Source: Planctomycetota bacterium | Lineage (GTDB): Bacteria > Planctomycetota > Planctomycetia > Pirellulales > UBA1268 | Reading direction: 5' to 3' | Assembly: GCA_027592945.1 (NCBI GenBank) | Contig: JAQCJP010000002.1 | Coordinates: 1 to 44,518 of the forward strand | DNA: 44,518 nt | Part shown: positions 29,101 through 36,418 of the stretch, in pieces | Position numbering within the stretch: the first letter of the stretch is position 1 | Layout: every line of letters begins with the position of its first letter | The notes under the pieces: generated by a model | Databases searched by the model: none | The model's input: the letters and a program-made list of their open reading frames with translations, nothing else | What the model was told of the DNA's origin: nothing | Position numbers and translations under genes: made by a program

Positions 29101-29438
29101 ACAGACTGCACCGCCGCGACGATGCCGTGCCGCTGGCCGCCTACGCCCCGAGCCGGCTGGTGACGGCGATGCAGGATCATCATTATCCACTGCAAGCGCT
29201 GATCTACGGGACGGCCGTCTACCGGCTGCTCCGCTGGCGGCTCGGGCCGGTCAAGCCGGCCGGCTGGGACGCCGGCGAATGCCTGGCGGGGGTGGTCTAC
29301 GGATTCACCCGGGGGATGCACGGGCCCACGACACCGGTCGACGAGAAGGGCCATCGCTACGGTGTGTTTGCCTGGCTGCCCCCGGCTTCGCTCTGGCGAC
29401 GGCTCAGCGACCTATTGGCGGGCGGAGGTGAGAACTGA
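26133..29438 (+). CDS. recB: exodeoxyribonuclease V beta subunit (SF1 helicase plus PD-(D/E)xK nuclease)
   Basis: Helicase motifs EASAGTGKTYS, IVDEAQDTS, AVGDPKQAIYGFRGADI, KNFRS and SVHVAKGLEFP. The nuclease domain has GSAVHEIFE, GSIDAVLRL, LIADYKTN and YPLQALIYG. Confidence 0.95.
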   Translation: MTHPIASPPAFDLTEYPLPSGTVVEASAGTGKTYSVAAYVTLALATDESLRIGMVLVTTYTRNAAAELRDRIRGRLVATARLLRLDAAEPRDELDVALLQAASADRLAMARRLERAIAEFDTATIGTIHSICSRVLRMAGIDPGDAGDDDRLGRTVGEAVNDAVVSEAAAGRSWDESRLVAVVTAGLRDPFIVPWFDPTGRPAEETDRLEQAVAIVESCGTRVREAMQATPSFDDLLRMAWEEVRRPERTALLAELRRRFRLAIVDEAQDTSRLQWEFFHELFPTAGPEAGDDGRRLLAVGDPKQAIYGFRGADINAYLRFAEGEAGGRPRRTLAKNFRSDGPLLDALNEALAGASFGSGISYQPVTAAEHRGVSRLVDLPPVELVDRGDGWATDLAVRKVFELLDQGRFTGGEAGPAVLPIKPRDICVLVRVNAIGKAIEERLARVGIPAVSTGTASVMRGQAADDLRVLFEAMERPGSGSRVRRAAATVFFGYPLTAVGRLGEEAEQAVQEQIAALHATLQARGIAAVRAAIMSDVSMAGRLAAGPDGERHIVDLAHLVELLHDATGGRGCHARLMLERIAELARRDEKSDLVSRRVESDEDAVRIMSVHVAKGLEFPCVVVVDDWNEKERTPPGPAVFYAGGERRLDVAYALSGTGSKPASDSVLAAANEELRRLLYVALTRPRHHLCVICQADGSSGILDAVVTSPPPARAAADLPRLPRQWRPSDAGGSPDQPTVAPLPAEVQQTYRRTSFSGIVAAAARGQASDHAPPGRGHDELAGERGDAAAAPASARGGPPPAAATGAASSAELASFSIPDLPAGTAFGSAVHEIFERLAVAPGGDTAGSAATVTSIVADVATSALLRPHHEPLATMIAATLETPFGGPAAASFRDHCFADFSPADRLAELDFEMGLAGLAAGVKASHVGRLLAASLPPDDLLADYARVLAGAAFDIPLAGLINGSIDAVLRLPGRPADDPRLLIADYKTNRLHRRDDAVPLAAYAPSRLVTAMQDHHYPLQALIYGTAVYRLLRWRLGPVKPAGWDAGECLAGVVYGFTRGMHGPTTPVDEKGHRYGVFAWLPPASLWRRLSDLLAGGGEN

Positions 29439-31255
29439 TGACAATACTCCTCACGGCTGAACCGCCGGCTGATCTCGCTCCCTACCTCGATGCGGGTATC
29501 ATCTCGCCCGACGACGTCGCGGCAGTGGGTGTCTTCGTGTCGCTGGCTGCCCGCGAGCTGCCCGCGGCAGGCGAGCCGCCGTCATCGGAACCCGGCGGCC
29601 TCGACCTGCTGGCCTGGCTGGCCCTCGGGCTGGCCCTCCGCACGCCCCGCGACGGCCATACGTGCGTCGATCTTGCCCGAATCGCCGACTGGTTTGGCGG
29701 TGAACTCCCCGGCAACAGTTCCCTGGCCTGGCCGGATGACGCCGCAACCTGGAAACGAGCACTTCGCTCCGCAGGCTCCCTGGTGGGTGGTCTCGGCGAC
29801 CGCGCCCCCTTCATCCTCGATGGCGAGCGGCTCTACCTGGCCCGTTCGCTCCATGAGGAACGCGCCATCGCGGACCGCCTGATGGGAGGCAGCCGGGCGG
29901 CAATCGATGCCGTCGCTGCTGGCGAACCGGCGGCTCCGCGGGGCCGCATCCGGGTCCTGCTCGGTGGTCCGGGCACAGGCAAGACGACCGAGGTAGCCCG
30001 GCGGCTGATCGAGACGTTCACCGCCGATCCGCTCACCCGGATCGCGCTTGCCGCGCCGACCGGCAAGGCGGCGGCTCGGATGGCCGAGGCGCTGCGGAAT
30101 CGCTGCCTGGCCGAGCAGGCACCGCAGCCGGTCCTCGATGCCATCGACGCCGCCCGGCCGGTGACGGTGCATCGGCTCCTCAAGGTGCGGCCCCAAGGCT
30201 CGCCTCGGTATCGCTTCAACGCCGACCATCCGCTGGCCTACGACCTCGTGGTCGTCGACGAGACCTCGATGCTGTCAAGCACGCTCATGTACCGGCTGCT
30301 TGACGCCATCTCGGCCGACACGGAACTCCTGCTCGTGGGCGATCCCGATCAACTGGCAAGCGTGGAGGCGGGCTCGGTCTTGGCCGACATCGCCCGGGCC
30401 GCGGCCCGGGAGGGCTCACCGCTGGCGACCGTCACCGATCGCCTGGTCACGCGGCATCGCTTCGGCGCGGAGATCGGGGCCCTGGCCGATGCGATCCTCG
30501 CCGGCGACGCAGCCGGTGTGCTCGATCTGCTCGAAACGGCCGGCCGGCAGCCGGCGGAACTCTTCGCGGGCCCTGTCAGCTGGATCGAACCAGGCTCGCC
30601 TGACTTTGACTCGCTCATCGGCGAGGTGGTGGCCCAGGCCGAGCGACTCGGGGAGTTGGCCCGGGCTGGCGATGCGGCCGCCGCGGTCGAGGCCCAGAAG
30701 GATCTCCAGGTCCTCTCCACCCATCGCTCGGGCTGGCTCGGTGCCGCCGGCTGGAATGCCACGGTCGAGAAGCGACTGGGGGTCTTTGGCGGGCCGCCCT
30801 GGTACCCCGGCCGGCCCGTGATGATCACCCGCAACACGCCGGCGCTCGATCTCTTCAACGGCGACATCGGCCTGATCCTTCCAGCGGCAGACTCGAGTGG
30901 CTATGCATCCGCTCTCGGCCGGCAAGGTCTGGAGTCAGCCCAGGCTCCTACCGGCATGGCTCGCAGGGAGGCAGCCTTCCCGCAGGGTCGCTCCGTGCGG
31001 CGGGTCGCGGTGGCCCGGCTCGATGAGGTCGCCACGGTGCATGCCCTGACGATCCACAAGAGCCAGGGATCGGAGTATCGCCACGCGGTGGTGGTGCTCC
31101 CCGAGCGAGCCAGCCGGATTCTTTCCCGGGAACTGTTCTATACGGGTGTCACCCGGGCGATCGAACGCGTGACGGTCGTGGGCACGCGGGACGTGATCGC
31201 GGCGGCGGTCTCCCGCCCGATCCGCCGCGCCAGCGGCCTGGCCGATCGGCTCTAG
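29438..31255 (+). CDS. recD: exodeoxyribonuclease V alpha subunit
   Basis: GGPGTGKTT, APTGKAAARM, VVVDETSML, VGDPDQLASVEAGSVL, MITRNTPALDLFNGDIG, TIHKSQGSEY and FYTGVTRA all closely parallel E. coli RecD. Its ATG overlaps the recB TGA by 1 nt (TGATG). Confidence 0.95.
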   Translation: MTILLTAEPPADLAPYLDAGIISPDDVAAVGVFVSLAARELPAAGEPPSSEPGGLDLLAWLALGLALRTPRDGHTCVDLARIADWFGGELPGNSSLAWPDDAATWKRALRSAGSLVGGLGDRAPFILDGERLYLARSLHEERAIADRLMGGSRAAIDAVAAGEPAAPRGRIRVLLGGPGTGKTTEVARRLIETFTADPLTRIALAAPTGKAAARMAEALRNRCLAEQAPQPVLDAIDAARPVTVHRLLKVRPQGSPRYRFNADHPLAYDLVVVDETSMLSSTLMYRLLDAISADTELLLVGDPDQLASVEAGSVLADIARAAAREGSPLATVTDRLVTRHRFGAEIGALADAILAGDAAGVLDLLETAGRQPAELFAGPVSWIEPGSPDFDSLIGEVVAQAERLGELARAGDAAAAVEAQKDLQVLSTHRSGWLGAAGWNATVEKRLGVFGGPPWYPGRPVMITRNTPALDLFNGDIGLILPAADSSGYASALGRQGLESAQAPTGMARREAAFPQGRSVRRVAVARLDEVATVHALTIHKSQGSEYRHAVVVLPERASRILSRELFYTGVTRAIERVTVVGTRDVIAAAVSRPIRRASGLADRL

Positions 31256-31259
31256 CGGC

Positions 31260-31287
31260 TTGACATTGCGTTGAACTTTCGTACACT
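31260..31287 (+). promoter_or_regulatory. sigma70-like promoter candidate in the recD/sbcD-like gap
   Basis: TTGACA (31260-31265), a 16-nt spacer, then TACACT (31282-31287), in a locally AT-richer stretch ~44 nt upstream of the ATG at 31331. Planctomycete promoter consensus is poorly defined, so this is tentative. Confidence 0.35.
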
Positions 31288-31330
31288 ACCCGTCCGACCG
31301 TTCCGCGGCGGGACGCTCGGGAAGTTGCCC

Positions 31331-32701
31331 ATGATCACGTTCATCCACACTGCCGACTGGCAGATTGGCAAGCCCTTTGCCTCAATCGCCGACCCGGCCA
31401 AGCGGGCCCGGGTTCAGCAGGAGCGAATCGAGGCGATCCGCCGGATTGGAGACGTGGTCCGCCAGCGCCGAGCAGGCTTCGTGGTCGTGGCGGGAGATCT
31501 CTTCGACTCGCCTACTCCGACCAATGCCACCGTCGCTTCCGCCCTGGGGGCGATTGCGTCGCTCGAGGTGCCCGTCTACTGCATCCCCGGAAATCACGAT
31601 CACGGCGGCCCTGACAGCCTCTGGGAGCAGCCCTTCTTCAAGCGTGAGCACAGCAGGCTCGCCGCCAACTTCCACCTCCTGCTCGACCCTCTGCCAGTGG
31701 TCGTCGCCGTGCCTGGGAGCGACTCGCCGAACGTGCTGCTCCTGCCCTGTCCCTTGCGCCGCCGTCACGAGGCCGACGATCCTACCGCCTGGATTCGCAG
31801 CCTCGACTTCACGACCTTCGGCGAGATGCCTCGGATCGTGATCGCGCACGGCAGCACGACCGTCTTCGCACCTGGCTCGACCGTGGCAGCAGGGTCGCTC
31901 GGCGGTGGATCTGTCGGCCCCGGTACCAGCAGCCAGGGTGATGACGAAGAGCCCGCGGCCACCGGCGTCAACACGATCGCCCTCGACCGGCTGCCCTTCG
32001 ACCAGCTCGACTATCTCGCCCTCGGCGATTGGCATGGCTTTCTCGCCGCTGGGCCCAAGGCCTTCTACAGCGGTGCTCCAGAGATCGACCGCTTCCCAAA
32101 GCCGGGCCAGCAGCCGGGCCATGTCGCCGTGGTGACGGTGGCTCGCGCTGCGGAGCCACGCGTCGAGCCGGTTGCGACGGGCTGCTTTCGCTGGCTGGTG
32201 CACGCAGCAGCCATCGACCACGATGGTCCCCGCCAGCTCGACGACTGGCTCACCGAGGCGACGCGGCCGACCACTCCCGGCGGGCCCGGCTTCGATGCCT
32301 GCCTGGCCCGGCTGGAGGTCACCGGCAGTGTCTCGCTGGCCGAGCGGGCGGAGCTCGACCGGCTTGTCGAGTCGTGGACAGCCCGGCTCCTCCGACTCGA
32401 TCTCGATGACCAGACGGTTCTCGCCCCGTCGGCTGATGAGATTCGTGACCTGGCCGAGCGGCCGAGCGACCCGATCATCGCGCGGGTGGCAAGTGAGCTC
32501 GTCGCCATGCTTGACCAGGCAGCGTCGCCCACCGACGCTTCGCTTCCTGACCCCGAGGTGATTCGGCACGCGATCCACCTCCTCCATGCGATTGTCTCCG
32601 CCGATGCTGAGCCCACTGAGCCGCCACCCGCCGTCGAGCCACCGACCGGGACAGCCATCGACTCCCCTGTGCCCCCAGCGCACCAGGAGGTCGCTCCGTG
32701 A
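31331..32701 (+). CDS. Mre11/SbcD-family (YhaO-like) metallophosphoesterase nuclease
   Basis: Phosphoesterase motifs appear in order: FIHTADWQIG (I, with Gln where His is expected), VVVAGDLFD (II), IPGNHDHGG (III), VIAHGS (IV), LALGDWHGF (V). I take the ATG at 31331 rather than the TTG at 31271. The C-terminal extension is Pro-rich. Confidence 0.8.
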   Translation: MITFIHTADWQIGKPFASIADPAKRARVQQERIEAIRRIGDVVRQRRAGFVVVAGDLFDSPTPTNATVASALGAIASLEVPVYCIPGNHDHGGPDSLWEQPFFKREHSRLAANFHLLLDPLPVVVAVPGSDSPNVLLLPCPLRRRHEADDPTAWIRSLDFTTFGEMPRIVIAHGSTTVFAPGSTVAAGSLGGGSVGPGTSSQGDDEEPAATGVNTIALDRLPFDQLDYLALGDWHGFLAAGPKAFYSGAPEIDRFPKPGQQPGHVAVVTVARAAEPRVEPVATGCFRWLVHAAAIDHDGPRQLDDWLTEATRPTTPGGPGFDACLARLEVTGSVSLAERAELDRLVESWTARLLRLDLDDQTVLAPSADEIRDLAERPSDPIIARVASELVAMLDQAASPTDASLPDPEVIRHAIHLLHAIVSADAEPTEPPPAVEPPTGTAIDSPVPPAHQEVAP

Positions 32702-35553
32702 GGCTCCTGTCAGTCACCGTCGAAAACTACCGAGTCCTCAAGGCCACTAGCGTGGCTTTTGACCCGGCTCGCACGGTCATTGGGGGTGAGCAGGAAGTCG
32801 GCAAGAGCACGCTTGTGGAGGCGATTCACAACGCCCTCTTCCTCAAGAGCCGCGGAATAAGCAGTCCTCACAAGGCGATGCGATCGGACCTCCACGCGGG
32901 CCATCCAGCGGTCGCCGTCTCCTTCGAAGCCGGGGGCCGCCGGTACACGATCAAGAAAACCTTCGCGGGTAATACCGCCGCGTCGGCCACCGTCCTCACC
33001 GATGAAGGCCCTGCCGGGGAGTCGGCCGCCGCAGCAGGCGGCCGCACCCTTCACGGCGAGGAGGCGGAGGCGAAAATCCACGAACTGTTGCATGCTGAGA
33101 ACATCGGCAGCCGCACCGTCGACAGTCGGCTGAAAATGCAATGGGCCCACCTCTGGGTCTGGCAAGGATCATCGGGAAGCGATCCCGTCGCCCAGGCCAA
33201 CGCCGAGCAGCCTGCCGAGCAGCTGCGACATCGGCTGGGACGGCTCGGCGGGGGTGGCGTCCTCGAGTCGTCGCTCGACGCCCGCGTCAGCCGCACGCTC
33301 GCTGCTGGCCAGGCAGCGATCTTCCGGGAGAATGGCGGCATCAAGACAGGCTCCGAACTCTTCCGAGCCGGCGCGGAGAGCGACCAGGCTGAAGCGGCGT
33401 TCGCCGCCGCGGCTTTGCTTGTCAACAGCCTCGACGCTGCCGTCGAAACGATGGACTCAGCCGACCGCACGATCGCGACGGCCGAGGCCGCCCTCGCGGC
33501 CCACGCCGAGGAGCTTCGGCTCGTCAACGACAAGCTCCGCACCGTCGGCGATCTCCGGATCAGCCTCGCCGAAGAGCAGGCCGCCGCCCGCGCGGCTGCC
33601 GCCGCCCACGACGAGATCACCAGGGCCGACGCGGAAATCACCGCCTGCGAACGGCAGTTGGCCGACCTGGTCGAGTCGATCGAGCCAGCGACCAACCGAC
33701 TGGCAGCGTTGGAGGCAGCCGAACGTGACGCGACCGAAGCACTGACTGCCGCCCTCGATGCCGTCGATGCCTCAGGCACCCGACATCAGGAGGCAGCCGC
33801 GGGCGTCGCACTGCTCGAACTCTGCGAGCAGCGGGCCCGGCTGACCGTCGAGCAGCACCGCCTTGGCGGCCGCTGTCGCCGGATCGATGCCCTTCGCGAC
33901 ACGATCACCAGGCTCGAATCTGAGCGAAAAAATCTGCCGGTGATCACTGCCGCCGATGTCGCCCAACTCGACAAGCTCGAGCGGGCCCGCGACGCCGCGG
34001 CGGCCACACTCGACGCGATCGCGACCAAGGTGGAGCTCATGATCGGCCCTGGCCCGGCTCATCTCGCTGGCGACGAACTGGCCGCCGGGGCCGCCGTCAC
34101 GATCACCGCCGAGAGCGAACTGACGGTCGGACCGTCCGGCAACGAGACCATCCTGCGGATCTCCCCTGGCGGCGGCCGCTCGCTCGCCGACGCGACGCGG
34201 GCAGAGCAGGCGGCCCAACGGGAGCTTGCCACAGCCCTCGACGCCCTCAAGATCACATCGGCCGCCCTGGCCCGCCAGACCGTCGGCCGCCTTCAGGCGA
34301 TCGAGGCGGAGATCGCGGCCCAGCAGACCGCGATCGACGGCCTCGGCGGTGACGCGGCAGGGCGTGAATTCGACGCCCTCGTTGCCAAGATCGCCAGCGT
34401 CGCGGCGGAGATTCACCGCCGCTGCGGAACCGACCTCGATGCCGGCCAGTCAGCCGACGGATTCGCCGCCGCCGCCACCGACTCCCCCGATGCCGCCATC
34501 CGGCAGGCCGAAGCAGTCAAGGCAGAGATTCACGCCAGGCTCGTCGCCGCCCACGCAGACCGAGACACGGCCTCGAAAGACGCGGCCTCGGCCAGTGCTG
34601 CCGCCACCGCTGCCCGCAGGCGGCACGAGGAAGTGATCGCCACCCGCCGGCAGGTGGCCGAGTCGATCCAGACGTCCAAGGCACGTATCGATTCGATCGC
34701 CGCCCGCCGCAGCATCCTCATCGAGCGGTTTGGTGGTGACCGGGCAGCACTCGTGCGGGAGCGGGATGAGGCCGCCCGCGCTGCCACCGAGGTCGCCAAG
34801 GCGACGGAGCGACGACTCGCGGCGCTTGCCCCAGAGACCCTCACCCGCGAGCGAGCTCGTCTCGAACGGGCCGTCGCCAATCTCCAATCGCAACGGCACG
34901 ATGCCGAGACGGCTCGCCAGGTGGCCAGGGAAAAACTCCGCCGCGAAGGCACCGAAGACCCCCGCGATGACCTGGCCCGGGCCACCGTCCGTCGACGCTT
35001 GGCCGCTGCGCAACTCACCCGCAGCCGCCGTAACGCCGATGCCACGAAGCTCCTGGCAAGCCTGTTTGCCGCCAAGAAGCGAGCCGTCGAAACGCAGTTT
35101 GTAGCGCCGCTAGCCAGCCGCGTCGCCGACTATCTGCAAACGATCCTCGGGCCCGACACCGCGGTCGACATCGCCTACGCGGGCGGCCGGTTCGAGAAGC
35201 TCGCCGTGGCCCGCGGCGAGTTGGGCAACATCGCCTGGGATTTCGCGAGCCTTAGCGGTGGGACGCGGGAGCAGGTCGCGGCCGCCTTCCGGCTGGCGAT
35301 GGCGGAGATCCTTGCCGAGGGCCACGACGGCAGCCTGCCGATCATCTTCGACGACGCCTTCACCAATGCCGACGACAAACGGCAACTCAAACTGCAGCGG
35401 CTGCTCGACCTCGCCGCCGATCGCGGCCTGCAGGTGATCGTGTTTTCATGCACGCCTGCAGCGTACGCTGGCCTCGGCGCGCGGCAGGTGCTGCTGCAGA
35501 GCCCGCTCACTGGGCCAGATACAGCGGCAACGGGCTCTCCCGCAGGAGCCTGA
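32698..35553 (+). CDS. SbcC/Rad50/YhaN-like SMC-type ATPase with long Ala-rich coiled coil
   Basis: Walker A is GGEQEVGKST near the N-terminus. The ABC signature LSGGTREQVAAAFRLA and Walker B/D-loop LPIIFDDAFTNAD lie near the C-terminus, separated by ~650 aa of heptad-like Ala/Glu/Arg-rich sequence. The GTG start overlaps the upstream stop (GTGA). Confidence 0.85.
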   Translation: MRLLSVTVENYRVLKATSVAFDPARTVIGGEQEVGKSTLVEAIHNALFLKSRGISSPHKAMRSDLHAGHPAVAVSFEAGGRRYTIKKTFAGNTAASATVLTDEGPAGESAAAAGGRTLHGEEAEAKIHELLHAENIGSRTVDSRLKMQWAHLWVWQGSSGSDPVAQANAEQPAEQLRHRLGRLGGGGVLESSLDARVSRTLAAGQAAIFRENGGIKTGSELFRAGAESDQAEAAFAAAALLVNSLDAAVETMDSADRTIATAEAALAAHAEELRLVNDKLRTVGDLRISLAEEQAAARAAAAAHDEITRADAEITACERQLADLVESIEPATNRLAALEAAERDATEALTAALDAVDASGTRHQEAAAGVALLELCEQRARLTVEQHRLGGRCRRIDALRDTITRLESERKNLPVITAADVAQLDKLERARDAAAATLDAIATKVELMIGPGPAHLAGDELAAGAAVTITAESELTVGPSGNETILRISPGGGRSLADATRAEQAAQRELATALDALKITSAALARQTVGRLQAIEAEIAAQQTAIDGLGGDAAGREFDALVAKIASVAAEIHRRCGTDLDAGQSADGFAAAATDSPDAAIRQAEAVKAEIHARLVAAHADRDTASKDAASASAAATAARRRHEEVIATRRQVAESIQTSKARIDSIAARRSILIERFGGDRAALVRERDEAARAATEVAKATERRLAALAPETLTRERARLERAVANLQSQRHDAETARQVAREKLRREGTEDPRDDLARATVRRRLAAAQLTRSRRNADATKLLASLFAAKKRAVETQFVAPLASRVADYLQTILGPDTAVDIAYAGGRFEKLAVARGELGNIAWDFASLSGGTREQVAAAFRLAMAEILAEGHDGSLPIIFDDAFTNADDKRQLKLQRLLDLAADRGLQVIVFSCTPAAYAGLGARQVLLQSPLTGPDTAATGSPAGA

Positions 35554-36349
35554 GGGCCGTCTCGCCGAAGAGCTTCCGGAGCAGCAGGTTCTTGGCGCTG
35601 TTGCCCGCCACGATCAGGTCGGCCTTCCAGGCCTCGGCGTAGGGCAGCAGCTCCCGAAAGGCCTCACCCTGGCAATGGTCGGTGTCGACCTCTCGGTCGT
35701 GGGCCTGAAAGTAGGCGGCCGACTTCTCGAGCCGCCGCTTGGCGGTCGCCTTGTCGCGGCCAAAGTGAACGATCCGAACCGCCGCTTCGGGATAGAGCCC
35801 CGATTGCACGAAATGCTTGAAGGTCTTGGCGCTCTCGATCGAGCCCGAATAGGCGACCAGGACCCGCTTGATCTCGCGGTACTCCTCGGCCACCGCCAGG
35901 ACCGGCCGCACGCCCGCCGAGACGAGCCGCTCGAGGGCGTCGACCGGCTCGGGCACGACGCCGTGTTCGAACAGGCCGTTGAGCCCAAACACGCACATGT
36001 CGTTGTAGCGAACGAGATCTTCAGCCACGGCGAAGGGATCGCCCGTCTCGTCATTGATCCGATGGCTCACGCCCGCCTCGCGGCAACGGGATGCGAAGGT
36101 CTCCTCGGCGGCGGCAATGTCGGCGGCGGCCTTCTCAAACCGTGACTTCCGAAGCTCGCTGGTCGCCTCCTCGACCCCCACCCCCATCGGCCGCGGGCCG
36201 GTCCACTCCAGCCGCACGGGGTCGGTCACGGCCATTCCAACAAGCTCGGCCTGTCGCGGCCGGGCGAGCTCGATCGCGTGTTCGGTGACGCTTTTGGCCG
36301 TCTGGCTATTGCCAAGGCCGACAAGGATTCGCCTGATCGATTCTTGCAT
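35507..36349 (-). CDS. tandem universal stress protein (UspA-like) domains
   Basis: 280 aa with two USP-like halves (RILVGLGNSQTAKSVTEHAIELA... and RVLVAYSGSIESAKTFKHF...LIVAGNSAKNLLLRKLFGETALRLL). The G-2x-G-9x-G(S/T) ATP motif looks degenerate. Confidence 0.7.
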   Translation of the reverse strand: MQESIRRILVGLGNSQTAKSVTEHAIELARPRQAELVGMAVTDPVRLEWTGPRPMGVGVEEATSELRKSRFEKAAADIAAAEETFASRCREAGVSHRINDETGDPFAVAEDLVRYNDMCVFGLNGLFEHGVVPEPVDALERLVSAGVRPVLAVAEEYREIKRVLVAYSGSIESAKTFKHFVQSGLYPEAAVRIVHFGRDKATAKRRLEKSAAYFQAHDREVDTDHCQGEAFRELLPYAEAWKADLIVAGNSAKNLLLRKLFGETALRLLRESPLPLYLAQ

Positions 36350-36418
36350 GACTGCACGCTCCAGAGGGCTGTTGTCGTATGCTACGGCATCGCCCGCTCA
36401 AGAGGGAGGCCCGGTGGT

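Noticed and set aside
22789-31255. RecBCD-like genes as a novel helicase-nuclease defence system
   Set aside because: All three proteins match canonical RecC, RecB and RecD in size, domain order and essentially every catalytic motif. The housekeeping exonuclease V interpretation is sufficient.
33250-35050. Highly repetitive gcc/gcg-rich stretch that at first glance resembles a tandem or low-complexity repeat array
   Set aside because: It translates in the SbcC-like frame into continuous Ala/Glu/Arg heptad-like coiled coil. There are no unit-length direct repeats or spacers, so it is neither a CRISPR array nor a satellite.
35507-35553. Convergent 3'-end overlaps (SbcC-like/USP here; also 21762-21805 and 37752-37774) as a regulatory feature
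   Set aside because: Short convergent overlaps are common where stop codons are rare in GC-rich DNA, and C-termini may be over-extended. Nothing specific supports function, although the 21762-21805 case is mentioned under the sulfotransferase finding.
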